Positions 38,912-49,351 of a stretch of DNA of 64,000 bases are shown here, one piece after another. The DNA is taken from assembly GCF_006345805.1 (NCBI RefSeq), contig NW_021832384.1:124001-188000 (forward strand). The letters are read 5' to 3'. The notes under the pieces were generated by a model. The model was not told where the DNA came from. It made no database searches and saw only the letters and a program-made list of their open reading frames with translations. Position numbers and translations under genes: made by a program. Within the stretch, counting starts at the first letter, position 1; each line of letters begins with the position of its first letter. The DNA is from Octopus sinensis (taxonomy: Eukaryota).

Positions 38912-41426
38912 TGTACATACATATATACGACGGGCTTCTTTCAGTTTCTGTCTACCAAATCCATTTTCAAGACTTTGGCTGGCCCGAAGCTATAGCAGAA
39001 GACACTTGCCCAGTGTGCCACACAGCGGGACTGAACCCAGAACCATGTGGTTGGTAAGCAAGGCACGCTTCTTTCAGTTTCTGGTTATCAAATCCACTCA
39101 CAAGGCTTTGGTTGGCCTGAGGTTACAATAGAAGACACTTACCCAAGGTGTCACACAGTGGGACTGAACCCGGAACCACATGGTTGACAAGCGAGCTTCT
39201 TACCATACAGCCACGCCTGTGTAAATAAAATCCACCAGGTTAACTTTGGCTGTACTCTGTCTGAGAATGATAAGTAAAGAACCAATCAATTTTCTGATCA
39301 ATGGAGTAAAACTATGCTCTTGAAAGCTGCTCTGGCTTGGCCACATTTTCAATTACTGAAGCCAATAAGAGAAATAGCTCTGTGTGTGTGTGTGGTTTTT
39401 CCAGGACCTCTTTGCTTTGTATCCTTACCCTGCGGTCAATAAAACATTTCTCAGTCATCGGTCATTTAAATAGCAGATAGTGCTGCAGCTTGGCCACAGT
39501 CCACTTACTAAATCCGTTAAATGAAAGAGCTGTGTGGATGTGTGTGTGTGTGCATGTGTTTTTCTGTCTCATTATGCTGACCCCTTCATTTTAAATTGAT
39601 TTGTTGTGTTGACAGATTGGGACCCCACAGAAACCCCTCCCGGCCATGAAAGGTACTCAGGTTTTTGATTCCATGACTCGAAGTAAACCAACGAAGCTGT
39701 TGAGTTCCCCCGAAGCCGTTAAGCTGAAGACAGGATCGCGGAAGGTAGGTCTTTCCTCTGTCACCATCACCACCACCACCACCACCACCACCATCATCAC
39801 CATCATCATCACCATCATCATCATCATCATCGTCATCATCGTCATCATCATCATCATCATCATCGTCATCATCATCATCACTGTCATCATCATCATCGTC
39901 ATCGTCATTGTAAAGTTTATTCTGTTGTTGCAAGTATTATGACTAAATCTCTAGTCGGGATACATTCCTTCTTGTCTCCCACTAATCTCTCTTAAGGGTC
40001 ATGGAAACTGCTCGTCCCTCTGACTAAAAGACGTAGAAAAAAAAAAACAAGAAAATGGCCAACTGATTAACTTGCCTTAATCACTAGTTTAATCCCTAAT
40101 TAATCTCTAATTTGCTTTAATCTCTAATTTCCATTCATTTTGCTCACAGACTTTGCCAAACCAGACAACACTCTTTGCCAGTGCAAAACCCTCCAAGGAC
40201 AGTTCTACTACGAAACCATCAAAATCAAAGAAATCCAGTGAGAAAATGTAAGTGCAGTACTCTATCTATCTCTCTTCTCTTCTACTCATTTTTCTCCTCC
40301 TTCATCTTATCCCCCTTCCTTCCTCTTTCCCTTTCTCTGCTTTCTCCTCCTCCACCACCACCACGATTCTCAATATTGTCACTTATGGTGTTCAACTTTG
40401 CCTGTGATCCCTCTGGGGTCGGTAACTAAAGTACCAGTCTAGAGTCATGAACTTACAGAATCAGAGGATCATTAGTATTCTTCTGGCTCTGTGTGTTTTG
40501 ATTTCAAATCCTTCTCTTGCCTACATGGGCCTACTGACTCAATAATCTTTTCCCAGTTTAACACTATCTCTTGATCCTTGGGTGCCTTGACAACTGGTGT
40601 TGGTGTGTTTACATCCCCGTAACCTTGTGGTTCAGCAGAGGAGACTGATAGAATAAGTACCAGGCTTAAAAAATAAGTACTGGGCTCGATTCAGCAATAC
40701 TTCAAGCTGTTCTTGAAAACAAGAAATATTCACATTTAGCCTAAACACTTTGTATATTACAGAGCTAAAGGAGAGGACACTTGCTAAAGATGTTGTACAG
40801 TGCAGCTGCATCTCAAACAATGATTGATCAACCACACAACCACGCATGGTCTTTATATTTCCTTTTGTCCATTGTATTTTCTTTTTAAATTGTGATTGTG
40901 GTGTTTTTCTTTTGTTTCCAGTGTTCCAGTGAAATCTGGTTTTCCCGCCTGGTTTAAAGAAAACAAAGATGACTTTGAAGAAGAAAACCCTGACATGTCA
41001 GCAGACGAACTAAAACAGTTGGCAACAAGCAGATACAAGGAGCTTCCCAGTGAAGAGAAAGAGGTGAGGGAGGTTTCGCTTAATGCACAGAAATGGTATG
41101 TACTCACACATACGTTGGTAGAGGTAAACTTTTGTGTGTGACCACTGACAGCACTGCAACAATGTATGTATGAAAACACACACACACATACATACACTTT
41201 TGTGTGTGTGTGTGTGTATTTATGTATGCATTCGTGCATGCATGGCATTATATGATACACTTTTTTTTTTCCCTGAAAAATGTCTCAAAAAAAATCACCC
41301 TGGGCCCTATATATGAAGGTTGAGCCTACATTAAATGCATTAAAAAATTTTCCTGAACACATACTGTTGAAATTGGGGTGCATTTAATACGCTATCAAAT
41401 AGGGTGTGTATGAGTGTGTGTGTGTG

Positions 41427-41473
<47 letters not shown>

Positions 41474-42724
41474 AAGTCCGAGGCTGTGAAAGATTTCAAA
41501 ACATTTATAAATAGAAGGTCTTACAACTGTTTCCGGGTTATTTTATATATCTCTTCATCAGAGACGGTGTGAGAGAATGGTTAAGCAATAGTTATTCTAG
41601 ATAAGATATGAAATAGAGAGTGAAGTGGAGGAATGAAAATAGACGTGAGATATGCAGGGATATTGCATCTTCAGCTCCATTATTTAGGCAGAATGGTATA
41701 CACATAAGATTCTAGTTCCTTGTGAGCAAGTTCCAGGAGTATTTATGTATATGCTGAGATCCTCTTCGGTCATGACTGACCATGGGATTGCAGCTAGAAA
41801 GTTACCCTCCCAGGCACAAGTCCGGGCAAGGTTGTTTATGGAAGACCAGCAGTTGCCCATGCATACCGGCCTCCTCTCTCCACACCACCGATGTTATCCA
41901 AGGGAAAGGCAAGGGTCGATACAGCTTGGCACCTGTGACGTCACAACTCATTTCTACAGCTGAGTGAACTGGAGCAACGTGAAATAAAGTGTCTTGCTCA
42001 AGAACACAACACGCAGCCCGGTCCGGGATTCAAACTCACAACCCCACAATTGTAGGTTTGGTGCTCTAACCATTGTGCCATGCACCTTCATTATATATAT
42101 ATATATATAAAGAAATAATTTTTGGCCTCTTTTTATGGAGACAAAAGACAAAAGGGTTTATAGAACTGCAAAAAAGAATTGCTCAAATGAAATTGAGACA
42201 GAAGCAAAAAAATATTGATTAAAGATCAAACATTAAATTCAGGTCAACGACTTCATATAATAACACGCTTCCATACATTTCATCAAATATAAATATTATA
42301 ATGGCCTTCGGCATATAAAAGGAATACATATAAAAGCACAGAAGATAAAAAAATATATATGCATATAAAAATGCAAATTATATAGAAAGGCCTGTCAAGA
42401 AAAGGTGTATACAAATTGACTAAAATAAGTTATCAAATTGAATTACTAAAACGTGTCAAGTGACTAAAAAAATCTATCGACTGAAAGAAGTTTTTACCCC
42501 TCAATTTAAAAATGTATGAAAATATATTTTTATGTGCATGTATATTTTTTACCTTCTGTGCTTTTATATATGCATTTCTTTTATATGTTGAAGGCCATGG
42601 TAATGTTTATATATGATCAAATGTATGGAAACATGGTGTTATATAAAGTCATTGACCCCGATTTAGTGTTTGTTTTCTAAATCAATATTTTACATGTGTG
42701 TATATATATACATATATATATATT

Positions 42725-42755
<31 letters not shown>

Positions 42756-44970
42756 GGATGGGTCACAAGGCATGCACAAAATAAATTCAATATGTTCCGG
42801 AATTGTCAAAGACATGCTTAAATTTTCCTAAAATTGAATAAAATAAAGTAATGATGAATGAACATGTGTGTGACGAACCAGATTAATAAAAATAATGATA
42901 ATATAGACGTAAGAGTGGCTGTGTGGTAAGTAGCTTGCTTACGAACCACATAGTTCTGGGTTCAGTCCCACTGCGTGGCACCTTGGGCAAGTGTCTTCTA
43001 CTATAGCCTCGGGCCGACCAGAGCCTTGTGAGTGGATTTGGTAGATGGAAACTGAAAGAAGCCCATTGTATATATGTATATGTGTGTGTGTGTGTACATA
43101 TGTTTGTGTGTCTGTGTTTGTCCCCTCAATATCGCTTGACAACCAATGCTGGTGTTTTTACATCCCCATTACTTAGCGGTTCAGCAAAAAATTCTAAAAG
43201 AATAAGTACTAGGCTTACAAAGAATAAGTCCTGGGGTCGATTAAAGGTGGTGCTCGACTAAAGGTGGTGCTCAACTAAAGGTGGTGCTCCAGCATGGCCA
43301 CAGTCAAATGACTGAAACAAGTAAAAGAGTAATAATGATAATAATAATCTTTTCTAGCCACAAGGCCTGAAATTTTTGGGGATGGGGCTAGTCGATTAGA
43401 TCGACCCCAGTGCACAGCTGGTACTTAATTTATTGACCCCAATGTGCAACTGGTACTTAATTTATCGACCCCGAAAGGATGAAAGGCAAAGTCGACCATG
43501 GCAGAATTTGAACTCAGAACGTAAAGACAGACAAAATACCGCTAAGCGTTTCGTCTGGTGTGCTAACGTTTCTGCCAGCTTGCTGACTAATAATAATAAT
43601 GATAATAAAATAAAAATAATACGTTGTGTTTTGGTGCGTGACTTTTGACCCACCCTGTACATACATACATGCATACAGGGTTGACCAAAAGTCACCCAAC
43701 ACTAAATCAGAATTCCATAAATACTTAATATTCAATTCCATTTATTCATTTGGGAAAATGGTGTCACTCACGAAGGACTTCAGTTTGAACAATTTTCATG
43801 ATGTTTCATATATAAATGCTTTTATTAAATTCATTCAGTTGTTAAACATAAATAAATCTTGGAGTTAAATGGTTTTGATTTACTGTCAGGTGACTTTTGG
43901 CCAGCCCTGTACATATATATATATATACATACACCATCATCATCATCATCAGTTAATGTCTGTTGTTCATGCTGGCATGATTTGGACAGTTTTACCAGGG
44001 CTAGTAAGTTGAGGGGTTGCACCAGACTCCAATCTGATTTGGCATGGTTTCTACAGCTGAATGTCCTTCCTAATGCCAACCACACTGAGAGTGTAATGGG
44101 TGCTTTTATGTGCCACCGGCATGGGTGCCAGTTGCGTGGCACCAATATCTGCCATGATTACAATTTCACTTGGCTTCATGGGTCTTCTCGAGCACGGCAT
44201 ATCGCCAAGAGTCTAATTGCCTCCATGAAGCCCAATGCTCAGAAGGTGCCTTTTACACAGGTGCTAGTTGGCCATATTGTCTCCTTGAGGCCTAACACTT
44301 GAAAGGTTCTTTTTATGTACCACCAGCATGGGTGCTAGTTACACGACCCATTGGTCATATTGCCTCCGTGAGGCCCAACACTTTACCAGAGCTTTTTATG
44401 TTCCACTGGCACAGTTACTAGTTATACAATTCTGGCATCAGCCACATTTTCTCTGAGGTCCAGTACCTTAAAAGGTGCTCTTTATGTGCCACTGGCCCAG
44501 GTACTAGTTACACAGCCTGGCATTGGCCACGTTTCCTCCATGAGGCCAAATGCTCAAAAGGTGCTTTTTATGTGCTTCTAGCACAGATACTAGTTACGTG
44601 ACCCTAGCACATCAGCCATATTGCCTCTGTGAGGCCCAATGCTTGAATGGTGCTTTTTATGTGCCACCAGCTCTAATACATATATATATTTATATATTAT
44701 AATTATAATAAGAGTGGTGAGCTGGCTGAATCATTAGAGCACTGGGCGAAATGCTTAGCGGTATGTCATCTACTGTTACGTTCTGAGTTCAAATTCTGCC
44801 GAGCTCAACTTTGCCTTTCATCTTTTCGGGGTTGATTAAATAAGTACCAGTTATGCACTGGGGTCGATGTAATTGATTTAATCCCTTTGTCTATCCTTGT
44901 ATCCTTGCTTGTCCCTTCTATGTTTAGCCCTCTGCGGGCAATAAAGAAATATATATATATATATATATAT

Positions 44971-45003
<33 letters not shown>

Positions 45004-46718
45004 GTATGTATGCATATATCTATGTATGTATGCATATATCTATGTATGTATACATACATACATATATATGTATGTATACATACATATATATATATGTATG
45101 TATACATACATACATGTAAATATATATGCACACACACATATATAAATATAGATATATCATCATTTTAATGTATAGTTTTCCACGGTAGCTTGGTCAAGGT
45201 GAATTTGGTAGACAGACTATAAGATGCCTGTCATGCATATGTATGTGTATGAGTGGTGGTAATGGTATGTGTGTGTGTGTGTGTATTTCTCTTTGTCTTA
45301 ACATCAGTGTACTGTTTGCTAACAAATTCACCATTCATGCGAAAACAGTGTCAGTTGTGTGCAGTCTTCTGTGAAAACGTGTCTGGCTATTTGCACTATT
45401 CATGTTCAATGATGTAGGCGGGGGGCAAATAATACTTTACTTGGAAAAGGTTGAAGTTTGGTGACAAGAAAAAAAAAAAAAGCCTATCTGACCATAGAAA
45501 ATCTTCCCCAATGAGTTTTGTCTTTCGTCTGGCTCATGCAAGAATGGAAAAGTAGATGTTAAAATGATGATGATTCTCATGATGAAGATGACATACATTA
45601 TTGTTATGTACACAAACACACTCAAAGACTCCTTGTTTTAACCCAATCAATACAAAAATCAATACAAACCCATTTGGTCTTTTCATCTTTTATACTTGAC
45701 ATCTTATTAAATGATGAGATTGTCTCTGTTGTTGTTGATTGGTCAGTTGTTCAGTGCAGATGTTGTAGTAGTGGTGGTTGTGTTGGTAGTGGAGGTTGTG
45801 TTGGTGGTGCTGGCATTGGTGGTGGTGGTGCTGGTATTGTTGATAGTGGTACGGGCATGGTCTGGTAGTTGTGTTGGTGGTACTGGCATTGGTGGTAGTG
45901 GTTGTGTTGGTGGTGGGGATAGTAATTGATGTGGATGTAGTGATTGTGGTAGAAGTAGTAGAAATGGTGGTTGTAGTAGTAGTAGTATTAGTAGTTGTGA
46001 TGGTATTGGTGGTGAGGATGGTAGTGGTGGTGGTGTTCGGATGTTAGCTGTGCTGGTAGCACTAGTGATACTGGTATTAGTGGTAGTCATTGTGCTGGAT
46101 GTGGAGTTGCATGGCTTAGTGGTTAGGGTGCTGGACTCGTGATCATAAGATTGTGGTTTCGATCCCTGGACTGGGCGATACGTTGTGTTCTTGTGTTCTT
46201 GAGCAAAACACTTCACTTCATGTGACCCCAGTTCATTTAGCTTGCAGAAATAAATAGTCCATGATGGATCGCCAGCACCATCTGGTGGGGAAATATATGT
46301 GCCACGGAAACTTATGAGTCTATTATGACTCAAGAAGGATCTCATTATGCTGGATGGTATTAAAAAAAGGTAAATTTACCTTTCTGAGTCACACTGACTC
46401 ATAAGGGCCAGTTTCCTGGTTTTATGGCGTATATATTCCCCACCTGGATGGGACGCTGGTTCGTCGCAGTATTACTCATTTTTACCAGTTAAGTGGACTG
46501 CAGCAAAGTGAAATGAAGTGTTTTGCTCAAGAACACAATGAGCTGCCTGACCCAGGAATTGAAATCATAATCTTACAATCATGAGTCCAACACTCTAACC
46601 ACCACTAAGCCACACACCATCCCCTGGATGGTACTACTACTAGTAGTAATAGGTCATGTACTGGTAGTGATGGCAGCAGTAGTACTAATGGTGGTGGTGG
46701 TGGTGTTTGCAGTGATGA

Positions 46719-46756
<38 letters not shown>

Positions 46757-47309
46757 ATGGTTGTAGGTGTGATGGCATTCGGCTCATGAATGTAAGGTCG
46801 TGAGTTCAATTCCCGGCAACGCATTGTGTCCTTGAACAAGACACTTTATTTCACGTTGCTCCAGTCCACTCAGCTGGCAAAAATGATTCCCGCCCAGTCT
46901 GGGAATTGAAACCACAATCCTGTGATGTTCCTTCTCAGTGGACTTGGTAGTAATATTTTGTAGTGTTGGTTGATGCATGCGCACCCGAGGTAGTGATCGT
47001 GAGTGGTGGTGTTAGTTAATTCACAGTGGTGGTGGCAGTAATGACCAGTGGCCTTCATGCGCCATTGATACATAGATGGTTCGTCTTACATTGTCCATGT
47101 TTACGTCTCTTTTGCAGATTTGGTCACAGAAGGTGAATGGTAAATCCGAAGAGGTCAAGACTGCGAAGAAGCGTAAACGAGCAAATGAGGAATCTGTAAA
47201 TGGTGGTGGTGGCAACAAGGAGTCGGGTCAGCAGAATGGCAAGAAGAAGAAGATTTTGTCACAGGAAACAAATTCTAAACTGACTAATTTTATGTTCAAA
47301 AAAGACTAA
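1586..47309 (+). CDS. WDHD1: WD repeat and HMG-box DNA-binding protein 1 (AND-1/Ctf4), 3' 19 coding exons; 5' part outside window
   Basis: Spliced translation gives [67 protein letters not shown], an HMG box and C-terminal [10 protein letters not shown], matching recalled human WDHD1 motifs in order. Phases chain except at one junction (see findings). Confidence 0.96.
2377..2430 (+). CDS. WDHD1: WDHD1 exon ([18 protein letters not shown])
   Basis: ttttag| and |gtaagt; 54 nt, phase 0-0; resembles recalled human GNLGLLENV. Confidence 0.88.
2593..2907 (-). mobile_element. tRNA-headed SINE, family C, short-tail variant ending (TAAA)n
   Basis: Head gtggaggtgcaatagcccagtggttagg; 12-bp TSD gttctttgatat (2581-2592 and 2909-2920). 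Confidence 0.88.
3236..3455 (+). CDS. WDHD1: WDHD1 exon, acidic linker (SAEQPAV...DDDASK)
   Basis: ctttgacag| and g|gtaaga; phase 0-1 fits both neighbours. Confidence 0.85.
4637..5235 (+). mobile_element. Unclassified ~600-bp interspersed retroposon-like repeat with (AAT)n tail
   Basis: Further copies at about 15365-15925 (-) and 35848-36085 (-, partial). Confidence 0.8.
5311..5462 (+). CDS. WDHD1: WDHD1 exon (...[18 protein letters not shown])
   Basis: cttttag| and atg|gtaagt; conserved start of SepB domain. Confidence 0.95.
5620..6590. repeat. Compound minisatellite (tatgaatgtgtg + (TA)n), about 970 bp
   Basis: Directly visible 24-36 bp units with drifting (TA)n length. Confidence 0.95.
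7208..7593 (+). mobile_element. tRNA-headed SINE, family C, long-tail variant
   Basis: TSD atttggctac (7197-7206 and 7595-7604); near-identical to 62206-62588; sits at the end of a decayed RTE-like 3' fragment (6888-7200). Confidence 0.9.
7898..8296 (-). mobile_element. CORE-type tRNA SINE, family B (ggcgcaggagtggctgtgtggtaag...accttgggcaagt...internal (TA/TG)n...acaagtaaaagagta)
   Basis: Most abundant repeat. Copies at about 9545, 10700, 12698, 16995, 17726, 19303, 20130, 26424, 33395, 34312, 36850, 37628, 38643, 42910, 51436, 52798 and 53290. Confidence 0.9.
10273..10460 (+). CDS. WDHD1: WDHD1 exon (KWNAVG...IDIEFHD...ESGR)
   Basis: ttctgcag| and ag|gtcagt; phase 0-2. Confidence 0.95.
11745..12403 (+). 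mobile_element. RTE LINE 3' end with 8 tandem ~62-bp units and (GAT)n tail
   Basis: Unit starts 11745, 11806, 11869, 11931, 11993, 12055, 12118 and 12181, followed by ttggcgttaggaagggcatccagc and the tail. Confidence 0.9.
12589..12670 (+). CDS. WDHD1: WDHD1 exon ([27 protein letters not shown])
   Basis: ttttgtag| and |gtaaat; phase 2-0. Confidence 0.95.
13110..13321. mobile_element. piggyBac-like MITE (CCCTT...AAGGG, TTAA target)
   Basis: TIR ccttttgttacc/ggtaacaaaaggg. Related copies at 52343-52563 (TTAA both sides), 34102-35013 and a truncated one at about 51040. Confidence 0.8.
13550..13660. mobile_element. Possible pogo/Tigger-like MITE end interrupting a SINE A
   Basis: ta|ccgtaaatcctcgagtata begins where the SINE breaks off; the other TIR is not seen. 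Confidence 0.4.
14637..14802 (+). CDS. WDHD1: WDHD1 exon ([22 protein letters not shown]...VYHRGG)
   Basis: ccttgacag| and g|gtatgt; phase 0-1. Confidence 0.95.
16487..16601 (+). CDS. WDHD1: WDHD1 exon ([37 protein letters not shown])
   Basis: tttcag| and gg|gtaagc; phase 1-2; not in ORF track, read by hand. Confidence 0.93.
18500..18608 (+). CDS. WDHD1: WDHD1 exon ([36 protein letters not shown])
   Basis: tttctgtag| and |gtaagt; phase 2-0. Confidence 0.95.
21985..25088 (-). mobile_element. 5'-truncated RTE-clade LINE (RT, PHD-like finger, 3' UTR VNTR, (GAT)n tail)
   Basis: ORFs 24178-25088 and 22898-24184 carry [34 protein letters not shown] and RYLG. One short frameshifting deletion at about 24192, otherwise no stops. 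Confidence 0.96.
26154..26215 (+). CDS. WDHD1: WDHD1 exon ([20 protein letters not shown])
   Basis: atttcag| and ag|gtaaat; phase 0-2. Confidence 0.93.
26735..26812 (-). mobile_element. hAT/Charlie-like terminal fragment with an 18-nt C run
   Basis: Minus strand begins cagtagttttcaaccagggttc; the second end is not seen. Confidence 0.4.
27470..27584 (+). CDS. WDHD1: WDHD1 exon ([38 protein letters not shown])
   Basis: tatttcag| and |gtatgt; phase 2-0. Confidence 0.95.
27670..28302. mobile_element. Foldback MITE with ~280-bp TIRs and a telomere-like (CCCTAA) core
   Basis: ggatctttacc.../...gggaaagatcc; 8-bp flanking repeat caaatgtt/caaatgtc. Confidence 0.85.
28354..29297 (-). mobile_element. 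Older RTE 3' fragment (C-terminal coding relic, decayed repeat units, tail)
   Basis: ORF 28912-29208 ([13 protein letters not shown]...GRGRPRKTW) is homologous to the end of the 22898 ORF. Confidence 0.88.
30011..30142 (+). CDS. WDHD1: WDHD1 exon (EKFRRLSF...KEELMKSFA), helical domain
   Basis: gtttcag| and |gtaagt; phase 0-0. Confidence 0.92.
30160..30400. repeat. ~20-bp minisatellite (catttactgtctgtctgtct); further arrays at 31995-32520 (direct) and 32715-32810 (inverted)
   Basis: Directly visible units; the 30.2 and 32.0 kb arrays share downstream flank. Confidence 0.9.
31385..31721 (+). CDS. WDHD1: WDHD1 exon ([18 protein letters not shown]...) containing an apparent 1-nt frame discrepancy
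   Basis: cttgtag| and ag|gtaaat. 5' part matches the recalled ERE..C..LA.KYA motif. 337 nt ends in phase 1, while the first acceptor of the next exon needs phase 2. Confidence 0.85.
33045..33382 (+). CDS. WDHD1: WDHD1 exon, E/D-rich low-complexity linker
   Basis: tatttccag| (alternative cag| ending 33049) and g|gtgagt; open frame [12 protein letters not shown]...TPKS. Confidence 0.85.
34102..35013. mobile_element. piggyBac-like MITE with nested SINE B and an RTE 3' end of a second family ((CAAGT)n tail)
   Basis: TTAA|ccctttcg...aaaaggg|TTAA. 34720-34984 reads [13 protein letters not shown]...WSAFVRDA and ends caagtcaagtcaagtc. Confidence 0.8.
35275..35609 (+). mobile_element. tRNA-headed CORE-like SINE, family G (gtgaaggcgc/gtgc...cttgagcaagacactttatttcac)
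   Basis: A/B boxes; copies at 41758-42090 (-) and 53663-53976 (-); related copies at about 46105, 46375 and 46780. Confidence 0.88.
36178..36251 (+). CDS. WDHD1: WDHD1 exon ([24 protein letters not shown])
   Basis: gttgcag| and |gtaaga; phase 1-0; NPFK motif. Confidence 0.88.
37057..37600 (+). mobile_element. Possible non-autonomous Helitron-like insert adjoining a SINE B
   Basis: Begins tctagtatatataaata...gtgtgtg...aaccgattttcaccaaact; the 3' hairpin/CTAG is not seen. Confidence 0.4.
39616..39744 (+). CDS. WDHD1: WDHD1 exon ([13 protein letters not shown]...TGSRK)
   Basis: ttgacag| and aag|gtaggt; phase 0-0. Confidence 0.82.
40150..40247 (+). CDS. WDHD1: WDHD1 exon (TLPNQTTLF...KSSEK)
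   Basis: ctcacag| and at|gtaagt; phase 0-2. Confidence 0.82.
40922..41063 (+). CDS. WDHD1: WDHD1 exon, HMG box ([11 protein letters not shown]...[10 protein letters not shown])
   Basis: gtttccag| and gag|gtgagg; phase 2-0; HMG-type aromatic pattern. Confidence 0.92.
43676..43909. mobile_element. Tc1/mariner-type MITE
   Basis: TA|cagggttgaccaaaagtcacc...ggtgacttttggccagccctg|TA; an isolated third TIR ends at 43657. Confidence 0.85.
43935..44670 (-). mobile_element. Diverged RTE-like 3' end with about 8-9 decayed units sharing ggtgctttttatgtgccac
   Basis: (GAT)n tail and gcccttcctaa-like motif as in other RTE ends. Confidence 0.7.
47118..47309 (+). CDS. WDHD1: WDHD1 terminal coding exon (IWSQK...[10 protein letters not shown])
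   Basis: ttttgcag|; TAA stop at 47307-47309; resembles recalled KLSAFAFKQE C-terminus. Confidence 0.92.
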   Translation: MWSQKVNGKSEEVKTAKKRKRANEESVNGGGGNKESGQQNGKKKKILSQETNSKLTNFMFKKD

Positions 47310-47443
47310 TGGTCATGAAATATTTGATTATTGTATAAAGTATATAGTCACATTTTCACACTCATTGTTTTATACATTCATTCATATATATATATATATA
47401 TATATATCTGTAAAATTATATGTGACAATTATTCAGTAGCCAA

Positions 47444-47504
47444 GATAAAACTCTGAGTTTCGGATGCCGAGGTGGAAATCCACCACACCATCTCTTCGGT
47501 TATC
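47444..47504 (-). ncRNA. Minimal type-I hammerhead-like motif with one core substitution (CCGAAGA)
   Basis: gataa-CCGAAGA-gatg...catc-c-GAAA-ctcagag-tt-ttatc; stems I-III can be drawn by hand. Confidence 0.55.
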
Positions 47505-47839
47505 TGGCCATCCGAAACTCAGAGTTTTATCTTGGCTATTGAATAATTGTCACATATTATTTTACAGATAAATTTCCTCTATTTACATAATATTGAGGTC
47601 TCTTTCTTTCTTTTGTTATCTTACCGTTTTTACCAATATATATATATATACATACACATACATATGTATATACACAGGCACACACATATACATACACACA
47701 CGTGTATATTTAATATGTGTGTATATATAAATATATATAATGTTTAGTGTTGACTTTTCAAAGATAGACTATTCAACACCATAACAAGAGACTGACTCCA
47801 CTAAAATAATGATAAAAACAACAATAATTGCATACACAA

Positions 47840-47882
<43 letters not shown>

Positions 47883-48636
47883 CACATACATATGTATATA
47901 CACAGGCACACACATATACATACACACACACACACACACACACCGCGCACACACACACACATACACGCACACACAAACACACACACATCAGTAAATGTTT
48001 TATTCACCGTTTTCTATATCAGAGGAAACGGATCTTACCTAGGCATGTGTCTGGCAGTGATTATTTATTGATAAGAATGAACCAGCCTGAAATGCATCTG
48101 GTGTTCTTGCTAGCCGCTGCTGGGAGAATATTCATCTTCCTCCAATGTCTATAGTGTCTTTAAACACAACACTTCCATAACAAAGATGTTATCTCAGACA
48201 AATACCACAGTAACTTATTTGCCCGTCAAAGATGTATCTATACATAAAGTATGATACGTAAGTGGCTACATATGTATGTATGTATGTTTGTTTGTTAAGC
48301 ACTAATGATATGTAAATTAGTGACACCAGTTCTCTGGAGCTACTAGATTTCATGTGTACATAAACAGAATGATTACTTGTTTTTTTGTGGGATTTTCAGT
48401 GATGTACCTCTACACACCTCTGATGAGATCCCAATAAGACCCGAAAATTGTATATGGCTGTTTGTCATATCTTTCAGTCTACAGAGGAAACAAGTAAATT
48501 TGACATGTTTGTATGTCTAGTGTATATGTTTACGCATCCGCACTCACACATATGCACACCCACCCACATATATATGTATATTTATGTGTACTCCATTACA
48601 TATATAGGATGTGTTTTTTCATTTCGTTAACCAAAG

Positions 48637-48670
<34 letters not shown>

Positions 48671-49027
48671 TATATACAAGATAAGAAAATGGAGAAACAC
48701 ATCTAAATCAAATATCAATTACACGATAATACTCAATCACATACTTTATTAAACCACCACATAAGAGACTGTAGGGTTACATATAAAAAGCAGAACAAAT
48801 CAGTGTACATACAGTAGTGTACATTAAAAAGTGTACATAAAAGAGTATGGATATATGTTATCCCATGGAGGGTTGCATTTACAACCCCTATCTCAATTTG
48901 TATATATGATGATGTATGTATTTTGATAGAAATGGCAAGACAACAAAAGAATGAAAGAGACCATGCTATTATGTAAATAGAGGAATTTATCTGTAAATAT
49001 AATATGTGACAATTATTTGGTAGCCAT

Positions 49028-49088
49028 GATAAAACTCCGAGTTTCGGATGTCGGGGTGGAAATCCATGCCGGCATCTCTTCAGTAATC
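49028..49088 (-). ncRNA. Minimal type-I hammerhead-like motif
   Basis: gatta-CTGAAGA-gatgccgg...ccgacatc-c-GAAA-ctcggag-tt-ttatc. Confidence 0.65.
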
Positions 49089-49290
49089 GGGCCATGGGAA
49101 AATGCTATGAAAATGACCATACATACAGATGCGCACTTACCCGATTACTATGATTACATTTTTACTCCCTTACCTTTACTCTCTCCCCTTAGCGGTCATT
49201 CTAATAGCTCTTTTGTCTTAATAATGGTCAATCACACAGTAATTTCTCTTTGTTTTAACGGTCATTTTCATAGCATTTTTTTGATGGCCC

Positions 49291-49351
49291 GATAGCTGAA
49301 GAGATGCCGGCATGGGTTTCTGCTCCGACATCTGAAACTTGGAGTTTTATC
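49291..49351 (+). ncRNA. Minimal type-I hammerhead-like motif
   Basis: gatag-CTGAAGA-gatgccgg...ccgacatc-t-GAAA-cttggag-tt-ttatc. Confidence 0.65.

Noticed and set aside
43243-43295. 17-bp triplication inside a SINE B
   Set aside because: Ordinary slippage within one copy.
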